Source of the DNA: Nitrospirota bacterium
Lineage (GTDB): Bacteria; Nitrospirota; Nitrospiria; Nitrospirales; Nitrospiraceae
Length of the DNA: 64,000 bases
Assembly: GCA_963703955.1 (NCBI GenBank)
Contig: CAVPGK010000016.1
Coordinates: forward strand, 32,001 to 96,000
Direction of reading: 5' to 3'
Position numbers and translations under genes: made by a program. Below the pieces are notes generated by a model. That model did not search any database. It worked only from the letters and a program-made list of their open reading frames with translations, and had not been told where the DNA came from. Position 1 is the stretch's first letter, and every line of letters starts with the position of its first letter. Shown here in pieces: positions 40,519 through 51,440 of this stretch.

Positions 40519-43443
40519 GTGGCCACAAAGAAATACGTCTACTTCTTTGGCGATGGGAAAGCCGAAGGCACCAGGGATATGAAGGAACTCCTGGGCGGCA
40601 AGGGCGCCGGCTTGGCGGAGATGACCAATCTAAAGATTTCGGTGCCGGCCGGATTCACCATCACAACCGAAGCCTGCATCGAGTATTACCGCCGTCGCAA
40701 GGTCTACCCCCCAGGTATGTGGGAAGAGGCGCTCCATGCCCTCAAGAAAGTCGAGCGTGCCATGGGGTCTCGATTCGGCGATCCGTCCAATCCGCTGTTG
40801 GTCTCGGTCCGGTCAGGAGCGCGGGCTTCGATGCCGGGCATGATGGACACCGTCCTGAACGTCGGCCTCAACAGCCGGACGGTCGAGGGATTGGCCGCCA
40901 AGACACGCAACGAACGATTCGCCTTCGATAGCTATCGGCGCTTCATCGCGATGTTCGGCCACATCGTCATGGGCATTCCGCGCGACCGTTTCGAAGACGC
41001 CCTGGCTCACAAGAAGACGGAGTGCGGCGCGAAGCTCGATACCGATCTCGATGCCAAGGCGCTCAAGGATCTGGCCATCCGCATGAAGGCGATGGTGACC
41101 AAGGAGACCGGACGAGACTTTCCTGACGACCCGCTCGAGCAGCTTCGCATGGGGATCAATGCGGTCTTTTCGTCCTGGTACGGGGCGCGAGCAGTGACCT
41201 ATCGGCGTCTCTACGATATTCCGGATGGTTGGGGCACCGCGGTCAGCGTCGTGGCAATGGTGTTCGGAAACATGGGCGAGACGAGCGGGACGGGCGTGGC
41301 CTTCACCCGTGATCCGGCGTCCGGGCAGCGGACCTTTTTCGGCGAATGTCTGTTGAATGCGCAAGGCGAAGATGTGGTGGCCGGTATTCGCACGCCGCTG
41401 CCGATCGACGCGCTGGCCAAATCGATGCCCCAGGCCTATAAGGAGTTGCTGGACACCTACAAGAAGCTGGAGAAGCACTACCGGGACATGCTCGATCTGG
41501 AGTTTACGATCCAGGAAGGTAAGCTCTACATGCTGCAGACCCGGGTCGGCAAGCGGACCGGCATCGCGGCGGTCCGGATCGCCGTCGATATGGTGAACGA
41601 GGGTCTGATCAGCAAACGCGAAGCCGTGCTCCGCGTCGGCCCCGACCAGTTGTCCCAGTACCTGTACCCAATCTTCGATGCTGCAGAAGAAGGGAAGCAT
41701 CCAACGATCGGCAAAGGACTGCCCGCCGGGCCCGGCGCGGCGGCCGGCAAGATCGCGCTGACGCCCGACAAGGCCGTGGACATGCACGCGCGCGGCGAAC
41801 GGGTGATTCTGGTCCGTCAGGAGACCAGCCCGGATGACATTCATGGCATGCACGCGGCCCAAGGCTTTCTGACCGCCAGAGGCGGCATGACGTCCCATGC
41901 GGCGGTGGTGGCTCGTCAGATGGGAAAAGTCTGCGTCGCCGGCTGTGAAGCCGTCGATGTCGACAGCGGCACGACGCTGAAAATCGGGGCCCTGACTTTA
42001 CGAGAGGGAGATTACCTCTCGATCAACGGCTTTACCGGCAATGTGTACGACGGCGATATTCCGGTCGTGGAGTCGGAGGTCATTCAAGTGATCCAAGGCA
42101 AACTGGATGCGCGACGATCGGAAAAGTATCGCATCTTCTCCACCTTCTTGAGTTGGGCCGACGAGTTCCGCGTGCTGAAGGTCCGGGCCAACGCGGACGT
42201 GCCCGATCAGGCAAAGATTGCGCGCGGGTTCGGCGCGGAAGGCATCGGGCTCTGCCGCACGGAGCATATGTTCTTTGCCGAAGATCGCGTGCCGATCATG
42301 CAGCGGATGATTCTTGCCCGGACACGGGAAGATCGGGAACGCTACCTGGAGCAATTGCTTCCGTTGCAGAAGCAGGACTTCATCGGACTGTACCGAGAGA
42401 TGAAGGGCTTCCCGGTCACGATTCGCCTACTCGATCCGCCGCTGCACGAGTTTCTGCCGAAGCGGGAAGATCTCATGGTGGAGATCGCGCGCCTCGAGTT
42501 GACCGGCGGTGACCCCGCCGTCATCGAAGAGAAGCGCCGCCTGCTTGAACGGGTTGAAGAACTGCACGAGTTCAATCCCATGCTGGGTTTGCGTGGGTGT
42601 CGATTGGGCATTACGATGCCGGAGATTACGCGGATGCAAACTCGAGCCATCATTGAAGCCGCGTGTGAAGTCGCTCGCGAAGGCAAAAAGATCGTGCCTG
42701 AGATTATGATTCCGTTGGTCGGCATGGTCTCGGAAATGAAGGCCCAGAAGGACCTGATCCGCGAGGTAGCGGATGAAACGCTCCGTCGGAGCGGCGCAAG
42801 CCTATCCTATCTGGTCGGGACGATGATCGAATTGCCCCGCGCGGCGGTCACCGCGCGCCACATTGCCGAGGAGGCGGAATTCTTTTCCTTCGGCACGAAC
42901 GACTTGACTCAAACCGCCTTTGGGTTCTCGCGTGATGATGCCGCCAAGTTCGTCTCCTTTTACATGAAGCGGCAGGACAGTTGCCCCGTCTGTCTGAGTC
43001 CGCAGGTCAACTGGAAGGAGATGGTGTGCCTGAGTTGCGGTGCCCACATCGCGACGAAAGCGGAGAATATTTTGGAAGCCGATCCGTTCGCCGTTCTGGA
43101 CCGGGAAGGTGTCGGGGCGATGATGCGGATGGCCATTTCGGAAGGTCGGGCAACGCGACCGGATATCAAACTCGGCATCTGTGGAGAGCACGGCGGTGAA
43201 CCGAGTTCCGTGGAGTTTTGCCATCAACTGGGGTTGGATTACGTCAGCTGCTCGCCCTACCGGGTCCCGATCGCCCGCCTAGCCGCAGCGCAGGCCGCGC
43301 TGACGAACCCTTCCGAACAAAAAGAGACTAAGAAGCCGGTGAAGGCGTCTGCAAAAGCTTCCAAGCGTTCAGTTCGCCGCACTCCTCAAGCCGCGGGCAA
43401 GCGCGGCAAGAGCCGTCGGACATCCCCCAGTCGGGCTCGGTGA
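40519..43443 (+). CDS. ppdK: Pyruvate, phosphate dikinase
   Basis: LLGGKGAGLAEM, SVRSGA, GGMTSHAAVVAR, GIGLCRTEHM, SFGTNDL, GICGEHGG; GTG start after AGAGGAG. Confidence 0.97.
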   Translation: MATKKYVYFFGDGKAEGTRDMKELLGGKGAGLAEMTNLKISVPAGFTITTEACIEYYRRRKVYPPGMWEEALHALKKVERAMGSRFGDPSNPLLVSVRSGARASMPGMMDTVLNVGLNSRTVEGLAAKTRNERFAFDSYRRFIAMFGHIVMGIPRDRFEDALAHKKTECGAKLDTDLDAKALKDLAIRMKAMVTKETGRDFPDDPLEQLRMGINAVFSSWYGARAVTYRRLYDIPDGWGTAVSVVAMVFGNMGETSGTGVAFTRDPASGQRTFFGECLLNAQGEDVVAGIRTPLPIDALAKSMPQAYKELLDTYKKLEKHYRDMLDLEFTIQEGKLYMLQTRVGKRTGIAAVRIAVDMVNEGLISKREAVLRVGPDQLSQYLYPIFDAAEEGKHPTIGKGLPAGPGAAAGKIALTPDKAVDMHARGERVILVRQETSPDDIHGMHAAQGFLTARGGMTSHAAVVARQMGKVCVAGCEAVDVDSGTTLKIGALTLREGDYLSINGFTGNVYDGDIPVVESEVIQVIQGKLDARRSEKYRIFSTFLSWADEFRVLKVRANADVPDQAKIARGFGAEGIGLCRTEHMFFAEDRVPIMQRMILARTREDRERYLEQLLPLQKQDFIGLYREMKGFPVTIRLLDPPLHEFLPKREDLMVEIARLELTGGDPAVIEEKRRLLERVEELHEFNPMLGLRGCRLGITMPEITRMQTRAIIEAACEVAREGKKIVPEIMIPLVGMVSEMKAQKDLIREVADETLRRSGASLSYLVGTMIELPRAAVTARHIAEEAEFFSFGTNDLTQTAFGFSRDDAAKFVSFYMKRQDSCPVCLSPQVNWKEMVCLSCGAHIATKAENILEADPFAVLDREGVGAMMRMAISEGRATRPDIKLGICGEHGGEPSSVEFCHQLGLDYVSCSPYRVPIARLAAAQAALTNPSEQKETKKPVKASAKASKRSVRRTPQAAGKRGKSRRTSPSRAR

Positions 43444-44568
43444 AAGTCGACGACCGCGACGCGATCTACATGGCGAAGGCGCTTCGTCTGGCCGCCAAGG
43501 GGCGGGGAGACACGTCCCCCAATCCGATGGTGGGCGCGGTCGTGGTCTCGAAAAATCGCGCCGTCGGGCACGGGTACCATCGCCGCGCCGGCGGCCCCCA
43601 TGCCGAGGTGATCGCCCTGAAGGCGGCGGGTAACCGTGCCCGGGGCGGCACCCTCTACGTGACCCTCGAGCCGTGCTGTCATACCAGTAAACGTACGCCT
43701 CCGTGCGTTCCTACCATCATCGCCTCGAAGCTCCGCCGCGTCGTCGTCGCTGTGCAAGATCCCAACCCTCACGTGCAGGGACGCGGCATCAGCCTACTCC
43801 GCCGGGCCGGGATCGATGTCGCCGTAGGCTGTCTGCGTGGTCGAGCGGAACGTTTGAACGAGGCATATATCCACTGGATCTCGCACAGGACGACCATTCG
43901 TGCTGATGAAAGCGGCCATGACGTTGGATGGGAAGATCGCGACGGCCGCCGGCGAGTCACAATGGATTACGGGAGAATCCGCCAGGCTGGAAACTCATCG
44001 CCTCCGTCGGCGGGTGGACGCCGTCATGGTTGGGATCGGAACAATCCTGAAGGACGATCCACAGTTAACTGCCAGGATGTCATCCAAACAGTCTTCCCGG
44101 GCCACCGGCCGGCAGCCCATCCGTGTAGTCGTGGACAGCCGACTCCGTATTCCGCTCAATGCCAAGGTTGCGTTGCCTTCGTCGTCAAGCCGCACCATTA
44201 TTGTGACCACGAAACTGGCCCCGACACACCGCATCAAAGCGCTGCGAGCCCGGGGCATCACCATTCTGACCGTTCCCGTCTATCAAGGACGAGTCTCCTT
44301 AGAGAGTTGTCTTACGGCTTTGGGCAAGATGGAGATCATCTCCATCATGCTCGAAGGCGGGAGCGAACTAAATGCCTCAGCCTTACGTGCTGGATTGGTG
44401 AACCGCGTGCGTTTCTACATTGCGCCGATGCTCCTTGGGGGGTGGGATGCCAAAGGGGTGGTCGGAGGCCGTTCGCCCAAGCAACTCGTCGATGCTCTCG
44501 CCCTGGAAGACATGACCATCAAGCGTGTCGGACAGGACCTCGTTCTGGAGGCGCGTATCCATTCGTGA
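43440..44568 (+). CDS. ribD: Bifunctional riboflavin deaminase/reductase, frameshifted near 43885
   Basis: PNPMVG, HAE, TLEPC..PPC; then K.AMTLDGKIA, DDPQLTAR, EGG. Confidence 0.93.
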
Positions 44569-44686
44569 ACGTGTACGTACTCATTTGGATACGTTCCAAA
44601 GTCATGCGCAGACCCCTAGAACCCCCTGTATTCCCTCTCCCATCATAAGTGCCTAATAACACTTAGGTTAAAATACCTATTATATG

Positions 44687-44702
44687 AGGCATCGGTTTTG
44701 CT
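44687..44702 (+). promoter_or_regulatory. Sigma-54 -24/-12 promoter upstream of HD-GYP gene
   Basis: AGGCATCGGTTTTGCT (GG-N10-GC), preceded by an AT-rich tract with the inverted repeat TAAGTG-N8-CACTTA. Confidence 0.5.
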
Positions 44703-44716
44703 GAAGCCTGAGCCCA

Positions 44717-45412
44717 ATGACACACATGGCTCAGACAACAATCAGCATACAACCGGACACGATGGCTCTCCTCAGTTCGCTCGGAGCGCCTTTCGACCTC
44801 CAAGATGTGGAAACATTCACGCATTGCCAGCGAACAGCCGGCTACGCCCTCATTCTTGGGCGCCGGTTGGGGCTTTCGATGGAGAACCTGCTAACGCTGG
44901 AACGGGGAGTGTTCCTGCACGACATGGGCAACGTACACATTCCCGACCGAATTCTCAAGAAGACTGCGCCTCTGTCCGACGCGGAATGGAAGGTCATGAA
45001 AAGCCACGTCGTGACCGGTTATGCCATGCTGAGTACGGTTCCGTCATTGCACGACGTCGCGGCCATCGTGTTGGCACATCATGAACGCTACAATGGAACC
45101 GGCTATCCTCACCGGCTGGAAGGGGAGGACATTCCCTTCGGCGCTCGGATCTGCGCGGTGGCTGACTGCCTGGACGCGTTGACCTCGCTCGATCAGATCG
45201 GCCGACGCCCGATGAACTTCTTCGACGCATGCCGGTACATCGCCTCCGAACGCGAGACCCGGTTTGATCCTCGCGTCGTCGACGCTATGCTGTCGGTTTC
45301 GACAGTGGAATGGTGTCGCCTTCAGCGCTCGGTCTCTCCGCCTTGCATTTCGCCGGCACGAGGACGGGAATCAGCCATCTTTCAGAGAGCTCGTGTTCAG
45401 CGGCCATTTTGA
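44717..45412 (+). CDS. Stand-alone HD-GYP phosphodiesterase
   Basis: LHDMG, HHERYNGTGYP, ARICAVAD, FDPRVV. Confidence 0.9.
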   Translation: MTHMAQTTISIQPDTMALLSSLGAPFDLQDVETFTHCQRTAGYALILGRRLGLSMENLLTLERGVFLHDMGNVHIPDRILKKTAPLSDAEWKVMKSHVVTGYAMLSTVPSLHDVAAIVLAHHERYNGTGYPHRLEGEDIPFGARICAVADCLDALTSLDQIGRRPMNFFDACRYIASERETRFDPRVVDAMLSVSTVEWCRLQRSVSPPCISPARGRESAIFQRARVQRPF

Positions 45413-45584
45413 CAAGCCCGCCGCAAAGGTGGTAGCGTGCTGAGGTGTTGGGCAAGTTTACTTCGAACGTGATTGCCTCCCTCGGTTTGACACATTTCTT
45501 TCCTCTTTCGTCGTTGTATCCCCTAGGCGGCCACTTCACGAAATTGATAGTCATTTCATCTCTCACCGTGGTGCTTGGTGTCGG

Positions 45585-46840
45585 ATGGTCTCCCGGGCCT
45601 CACCATTTCCTCGGCTCTTGACACGACGGGTGCCGGAAACCACCTCGCTCTCCTTGCTTGTTCAGGAATACCTTGGGACGGCGGATGCCGACCAGGCTGC
45701 GAGCATGCTGGCGGGCATCCTCAGACACCCGCAGGCCGATCTTGCCGGTGTCGAGGCCGCTATTCGTGTTGAGCCGACTCGAACTATGCAGCCGGTCGGA
45801 TCTCATCCAGGCGTTCCGGTTCGCGTCCATGAACGGACGTCTCGGTATGGGTTGTATGTGCCGCTATCGTATGTTCCGATCAAAGAGTACGCCCTGGTCA
45901 TCTGCCTGCATGGCGCAGGATTTTCGGGCGACAGCTATCTCGAACGCTGGCAAACCCGTCTCGGTGAGGACTATATTCTCGCCTGTCCCTCTTCCCCACA
46001 GGGTGTGTGGTGGACGCGTGAGGCGGCCGACTTGGTCCTGACGACCATGCGCGACGTCCAAGCTCGCTATCGGGTTGATCCGGATCGGATCTTTCTCACC
46101 GGCATGTCCAACGGGGGGATCGGGGTCTATCTGATCGGCAGCCATTACGCCCCCGTCTTTGCGGGCTTAGCGCCCATGGCCGGCGGTCTCGATGATGTGC
46201 TCTTTCCGCTTTTGGAAAACCTTCGGAACACTCCCGTGTATGTGATCCATGGCGCGAAAGATCAGGTCATGCCGGTTCAACTGAGCCGTTCGATCACCAA
46301 GGAGTTGACTCGTCTCGGCTACTCCTTTCGTCTATCGGGAGCATGATCGGACGCATCCGGTCGCCGGAGGACATTATTTTCCTCGGGAGGAATTGCCCGA
46401 TCTCGTCGCATGGTTCGGCACGTCGCCGACGCGATCCGCTGCCCAAAAAGCTCACCGTGGTGCGGGACGCGACACATCTGATCCCGTTCTGGTGGGTCCG
46501 GATTGATGCGACCGATCGGATTGCGTCGTTCAGCGATGGTTTGACCGACAGTCGCGACGAAGCCATCACGAACCGCCGCTTTGCCAAACTGGACGCGGAA
46601 TTTACGGCGCCGAATCGGATTGAGGTGAAGACGGAGCAGGTGAGGCGGTACAGCCTTTTCTTGAATGAGTCCCTCGTCGACTTTTCCAAGCCGGTCACGG
46701 TCGTCACCAACGGGAAGACCAATTATGAAGGCCCCGTCGTCCCTCGACTCGAGACGCTGCTACGGGAAGCGCGCCTGCGCCAGGACCGCCGTGTGCTGTT
46801 CCCGGCTGTCCTGACTCTCCAGGTGGAGAGCGGCTCATGA
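45585..46840 (+). CDS. Alpha/beta-hydrolase (esterase/peptidase), several frameshifts
   Basis: LVICLHGAG, VDPDRIFLTGMSNGG, IHGAKD; C-terminal part in ORF 46343; start uncertain. Confidence 0.75.
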
Positions 46841-46979
46841 TCAGATGGGCAGGCACAGCCATCGCAAGCATCTTGTCGGTGAATGCGCCGTCCACCCCAG
46901 CCACCGACGAGTATCAGGTTCCTGCTGAGCAGGGAAGCGCGACCGTTCCCGAGACCTCCGTCCTTTTCTCCTCCTCCCC

Positions 46980-48146
46980 ATGAGCCGAGACCGCACCTTT
47001 GTCCTGCTCTGCGGGATCGGCATCTTTTGTTTCATCAGTTATAACCTAGTCCGCATGCCGGTCTTGGCGCTGTTTGCGCAATCATTAGGCGCGGGGCCGG
47101 AAGCCATTGGCCTGATTGTCTCGGTCTCGACCCTGACGGGCGTCTTTTTGAAGCTTCCCTCCGGCGCGCTCTCCGATATTTATGGCCGCCGCCTGCTCCT
47201 GCGGGTTGGCGTCGTCGCATTCGGGCTTCCGCCGTTTGTCTATCCGTTCGTGTCCGATCTTGAAGTCTTGACTGGGTTGCGCTTCGTGCATGGTCTTGCG
47301 ACCGCGATCTTCGCCCCCAGTGCGCTGGCTACTGTCGCAGAACTCTACCGGGAACGGCGTGGGGCCGCCCTTGGAACCTACACGGCCTGTACCCAGACCG
47401 GAGCGCTGCTGGGGCCGGTGCTCGGAGGGTGGCTCGCCCATTCCGCCGGTTTCCCTACGACCTTTGTGACGGCCGGCGTGCTGGGCTGCATCGGCTCGAT
47501 TCTCTTCTACAGCTTGCGTCTCAATCCGCCGGCGCCCCGCTCCGCGGAGAAAGGGATCGGACCTGTGCTGGCCGACATGTGGAAAGGATTTCGTGTCGTC
47601 GCGAGCAATCTTCGCGTACTGGTGACTAGTTCGACGGACGCCGCGAAGATGATCGCCAATGGCGCGCTCATGGCCTTTCTCCCGATCTACGGTCTCTCCG
47701 TGGGCTTGAATTCCGGAGAGGTCGGCCTGCTGTTCGGAATCCAGGGGATCACGTCGTTTCTGTCCAAACCGATCATGGGGCGGGTCTCGGATCGGGTCGG
47801 CCGTCGGCCGCTCATCATCCTCGGCCTGCTCATTTGCGCAATCACGTTCGTGCTAATCCCGCAAGCGACGACGCTGCCGGTTCTGCTGCTCCTGGCCGCG
47901 GGATTCGGATTCGGCGAGGCGGTCGTCTCGTCTTCCACCTCGGCGCTCGTGGCGGACCTGTCCGAACTGAAAACACTGGGCGCCGGAATGGGCATGCAGG
48001 GCACGATTATGGACATCGGGCACGCGAGCGGTCCGCTCCTGGCCGGATTCTTGATCGCGCACACCAGCTATCCGGTCGCCTTTACGGTCATCGCCGCCAT
48101 CCAGCTCGTCGCAGCCGCCGTGTTCTGGGCGCTTGTCCGCCGGTGA
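46980..48146 (+). CDS. MFS transporter
   Basis: GALSDIYGRR and GRVSDRVGRR motif A; about 12 TM. Confidence 0.92.
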   Translation: MSRDRTFVLLCGIGIFCFISYNLVRMPVLALFAQSLGAGPEAIGLIVSVSTLTGVFLKLPSGALSDIYGRRLLLRVGVVAFGLPPFVYPFVSDLEVLTGLRFVHGLATAIFAPSALATVAELYRERRGAALGTYTACTQTGALLGPVLGGWLAHSAGFPTTFVTAGVLGCIGSILFYSLRLNPPAPRSAEKGIGPVLADMWKGFRVVASNLRVLVTSSTDAAKMIANGALMAFLPIYGLSVGLNSGEVGLLFGIQGITSFLSKPIMGRVSDRVGRRPLIILGLLICAITFVLIPQATTLPVLLLLAAGFGFGEAVVSSSTSALVADLSELKTLGAGMGMQGTIMDIGHASGPLLAGFLIAHTSYPVAFTVIAAIQLVAAAVFWALVRR

Positions 48147-48211
48147 TGAGCGCATCGAGTTCCACAACCCCGAGTGCTATAATGCCGTGAATTAGACGCG
48201 GAGACAGAGCG

Positions 48212-48325
48212 ATGAGCGGCGAGATGGGAACAGGGGATATCGTTGTGGGGGCGCTTGCCGCGATCGGAGTCGTGGTATTGGTCGTCGTCTTCGTCATCGT
48301 GTTCAAACAGGTCATGTTGAAATAG
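48212..48325 (+). CDS. 37-aa single-TM small protein
   Basis: MSGEMGTGDIVVGALAAIGVVVLVVVFVIVFKQVMLK; GGAG RBS and upstream TGCTATAAT. Confidence 0.6.
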   Translation: MSGEMGTGDIVVGALAAIGVVVLVVVFVIVFKQVMLK

Positions 48326-48679
48326 GCGCACTTGGACTATAGCATGCCTAGTCGATCTTTGTAGGAATCTGCATGAGAACCGTCGATCGCTGCGTCGGGT
48401 GAGCGGCTCGCGCTCGGTCGGAGAGCTCAGGCGATTCATTCGACGGCGAGCGGCAAACGATCATGAGCAGTAGGACACCCTTGCGGCTTCGGCACCTACC
48501 GATCAGTTTACATGATTCACAAGGATCGGACAGGATTCGAAAGCAAATAAGCTCGGTGAGCTGTGGACCTTCAACGACTGCCTTCGCGGGAGGGTGAGAT
48601 TGTGAACGTGGGATTCGCCGAACTCAGCGAACGTGCTGACGAGTTCATTCAGGAGCGAAGAAGAACTATAGGTGTGTCT

Positions 48680-49336
48680 GTGTTCACCGGGATTGTCGAA
48701 GAAATGGGCGCGGTGAAGGCGCTGGACAAAAGCCCGGTGGGAGTGAGGCTGAGCATTTTGGCTGCTGCCGTCATGGATGATTTGCCCGTCGGCGCGAGTG
48801 TCAGCGTCAACGGCACATGCTTGACCGTGGTCTCGGCCGGCGATCGCGAATTTGCCGTCGATGTCTCGACCGAAACACTGTCGGTGACGACCCTCGGCAA
48901 GCTGGCCGCCGGTTCTCCGGTGAATCTCGAACGCGCCATGAAAATTCACGCTCGACTGGGCGGCCATCTGGTAGCCGGTCATGTGGATGCGATGGGATCG
49001 ATTCGCAGCCGGCGGCAGGACGGGAACACGCTGCTGCTAACGATCGAGGTGCCGAAGGAGATCTTGCGCTACTGTGTGCCGAAAGGGTCGATTACGGTCG
49101 ATGGGATCAGCCTGACGATCAACGAACTCACCGACCGGTCGTTCAGTGTAGCGATCATTCCGCACACCGCGAAAGTGACCACGTTGGGGCTAAAGCAGCC
49201 CGGGGATCTCGTGAATCTGGAATCCGATCTGATCGGTAAGTACGTCGAACGGCTCCTGCAGGAACGGGGTCAACTCCCGCCAAAGCCGGCGCCTGTCATC
49301 GATAAGGATTATCTACAGAAACGCGGGTTGATCTGA
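48680..49336 (+). CDS. ribE: Riboflavin synthase (alpha chain)
   Basis: GTG start MFTGIVEE; VNGTCLTV, VNLERA, GGHLVAGHVD, KGSITVDGISLT. Confidence 0.96.
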   Translation: MFTGIVEEMGAVKALDKSPVGVRLSILAAAVMDDLPVGASVSVNGTCLTVVSAGDREFAVDVSTETLSVTTLGKLAAGSPVNLERAMKIHARLGGHLVAGHVDAMGSIRSRRQDGNTLLLTIEVPKEILRYCVPKGSITVDGISLTINELTDRSFSVAIIPHTAKVTTLGLKQPGDLVNLESDLIGKYVERLLQERGQLPPKPAPVIDKDYLQKRGLI

Positions 49337-49415
49337 ACGACAGAAGTAACAACTCTCAGCAGTCAGCCTTCTGCCTAAGCCCTTTCATTCCCTTCCGAAT
49401 CCACCGGCAAAGGAA

Positions 49416-49976
49416 TCAAGAGAAGATTTCTTCCACTCTGAGCGTAACGTGCGAAAGGAGAACCAGTGAGAGCGAAGTATGACCTGATGCCATTGAGAAC
49501 GTCCGGTACTGGTTGCCGGACGGATCACGGAAGATGTGGACTTCCTGGCGGTTGAGATCGACCAGCCAAACTTCGGGAATACCAGCTTCAGCGTAACGCG
49601 GGACTTTATCCGACCGATCCGTTTCTAAGGAAGTGTCGGAAACTTCGATCACCAACAAGACATCCTCAGGACAGGGTGCCCGGTCGCGATAGCGGTTGGC
49701 TTTGGGACGAAGGAGAGCCAAATCAGGGTACAGCTCAGCGTTGTTCGTTAACTGGAGAGGATTCTGGACATGGACCACGATGTCTGCAGAAACCCGCTGG
49801 ATGAGCAGCCTGGTCAGCCAATCAACACACGCGGCATGCTGAGGCCCAATTGGAGTCATCGGGATGATCTCTCCATCAATTAGTTCAACACGGTCGTCTT
49901 CCTTGAGAATACCTACCTCGGCCATTCGGTGAAACTCCTTAACCGAAAACCGGCGTGTCCGCACAGAACTGGTCAT
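49416..49976 (-). CDS. Uma2-family endonuclease
   Basis: RVELIDGEI, PD, LLVIEVSDTSL..DR..K...YAEAGIPEVWLVD. Confidence 0.92.
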   Translation of the reverse strand: MTSSVRTRRFSVKEFHRMAEVGILKEDDRVELIDGEIIPMTPIGPQHAACVDWLTRLLIQRVSADIVVHVQNPLQLTNNAELYPDLALLRPKANRYRDRAPCPEDVLLVIEVSDTSLETDRSDKVPRYAEAGIPEVWLVDLNRQEVHIFRDPSGNQYRTFSMASGHTSLSLVLLSHVTLRVEEIFS

Positions 49977-50271
49977 TGTTCCAACCCTTCGAAACGCTTG
50001 TATTGGTAACATAGCGAGCTTGGTGCAACGAGTCAACGTCGAGCCGCGGGGTACGCTTCACAATGAAGCCAACCATCCGAAAAACCGAGGGGAGCCCAGG
50101 CCTTCCTGCGCTAGGCAAGGGGCGACTTCCAACGGGGCCGAACGTAGGGATTGCATGGCCTGTGGCGTGGCGAAGGCGAAGGGTGCCGCTCGCGTTCGTC
50201 GTTGGCGACTTCGTGCGGACGATGTGATTGTGGTGGTTGGATGGCGGGTGAACGAATCGCCCCACGCTTTG

Positions 50272-50645
50272 CTAGTCGTCCGCTCGGTAGTCGAACTCGA
50301 TGTCCGCCAAAAGCCAAAACGCCGAAATCTTGCCGTCGCGGAGATGGTAGAAATAGTTGGCTTCCGCGGAAATGGGTTGTCCGGAGGCCAGCTTCGCCGT
50401 GAACGCGAAACGGATCGCGAATTTGTCCTCCGCGGCAATGATGTCCTGGATGTCGTAGGTCGGATCCGTGTAACGTGGGTGGTCCGTCACGAGGCGATGG
50501 ACGACGTCGTCATAGTTCAGCCGCTGCTTGCGGTGGTAGCCGACCACGTCGCGTTGGTAGAAGCGTGGAACGGCTTCAGCGTCGAGCGGCAGCCGACCTC
50601 CCGCATGAGCCGCTCGGCGAACTTCAGGGTCTCCTGGCTGTTCAT
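50272..50645 (-). CDS. SnoaL-like/ester cyclase NTF2-fold protein, frameshifted near 50595
   Basis: AAGGAGG-ATG MNSQETLKFAERLMREV joined to LPLDAEAVPRFY...IQDIIAAEDKFAIRF...RDGKI. Confidence 0.7.
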
Positions 50646-50799
50646 GATCAGGCCTCCTTCGCGCCGCCCGCTGCGAGAGCATGCACCAGTTCAATGAGTC
50701 GATTCCTTCTCTCGCGCGAACCGGAATGTGGCCGCCTCCGGTGTCGCCCAATATGCCCGCTCAGGGGCGCGCCGCTTGCGGCCTGTCCGCTGTGGGGCG

Positions 50800-50995
50800 T
50801 GATCCAGCCCCAGCCCGGCACGCGCCTCACGAGCAACAAGAAACGCGGTACGAAGGAACGCAGCGCAGATAAGCGCCCTGACTACGACGTCGGGCCAAGG
50901 AGAAAGCATCATCCACACCGCCAACGGCGCCAGCAACACGGAGACGTTTGCGATGAGGTCGTTTCACGAGCAGAACCAGACCGGCCGCAACCGGA
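50800..50995 (-). pseudogene. C-terminal fragment of a CDF-family cation transporter
   Basis: LRPVWFCS*NDLIANVSVLLA..AVW....WPDVVV, matching the RSVWLCSRND/WPD motifs; internal stop. Confidence 0.65.
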
Positions 50996-51041
50996 GATTC
51001 AGATTTCCTCAACACGGATTCGTATCCGCCCGGCTGACTCC

Positions 51042-51203
51042 TCAGAACGGGGCTTTGGATTGTCGGACCCCCCCAGCCGCGATCGTCTCAGTGTCCACTT
51101 CGGCGCAGAAAGCCAAGAAATTCTCTGCCAATTCAGCCAGAATTCCCGATCGGGTCTTGGTATCAACGGGTGCCGCGAACCAAGAACGATAGGTCAGAGC
51201 CAT
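51042..51203 (-). CDS. Short cassette-type ORF (53 aa) directly after attC
   Basis: ATG 6 nt after the GTTAGGC core; MALTYRSWFAAPV...; possibly truncated. Confidence 0.35.
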   Translation of the reverse strand: MALTYRSWFAAPVDTKTRSGILAELAENFLAFCAEVDTETIAAGGVRQSKAPF

Positions 51204-51209
51204 GAGGGG

Positions 51210-51287
51210 GCCTAACGCCCCGCATCACCTGCCGGCGGAGGCGGGCGAAGCCCGCTGTAGCCGGTCAGGTGGATGCGGATGTTATGC
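51210..51287 (-). mobile_element. Integron attC recombination site
   Basis: Minus strand GCATAAC..ATCCACCTG...CAGGTGAT..GTTAGGC; 78 bp imperfect palindrome with an extra C in L''. Confidence 0.85.
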
Positions 51288-51390
51288 GGCATTTTGGTTG
51301 ACGCAGCCACTGGTTGTCCACTTTCCCAATAGAGCCATTCGGGGTCCGGACAAACGAATGGCTGCTTCCTGAGGTTCAGCAGCCTGCCGG

Positions 51391-51440
51391 CCGGGTGGCG
51401 GAATCAGCACCGCCAGCCGCTCGATCAGTTCGAGTGGGGG
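51391..51440 (-). pseudogene. IS91/ISCR-like transposase fragment
   Basis: PLELIERLAVLIPPP, resembling the PLE.I.RLA.L.P.P motif of Y2 transposases. Confidence 0.5.

Noticed and set aside
19400..43900. Programmed ribosomal frameshifting in sdhB, nirK, tkt, cysA or ribD
   Set aside because: No common slippery sequence or stimulatory structure, and the shifts go in both directions; sequencing error is more parsimonious.
43440..44648. 402-aa ORF as a novel deaminase fusion
   Set aside because: The C-terminal part is out-of-frame read-through of frameshifted ribD.
48330..48679. Possible FMN riboswitch upstream of riboflavin synthase
   Set aside because: No RFN conserved blocks (e.g. AGGGCGGGGTGAAATTCCC) visible.
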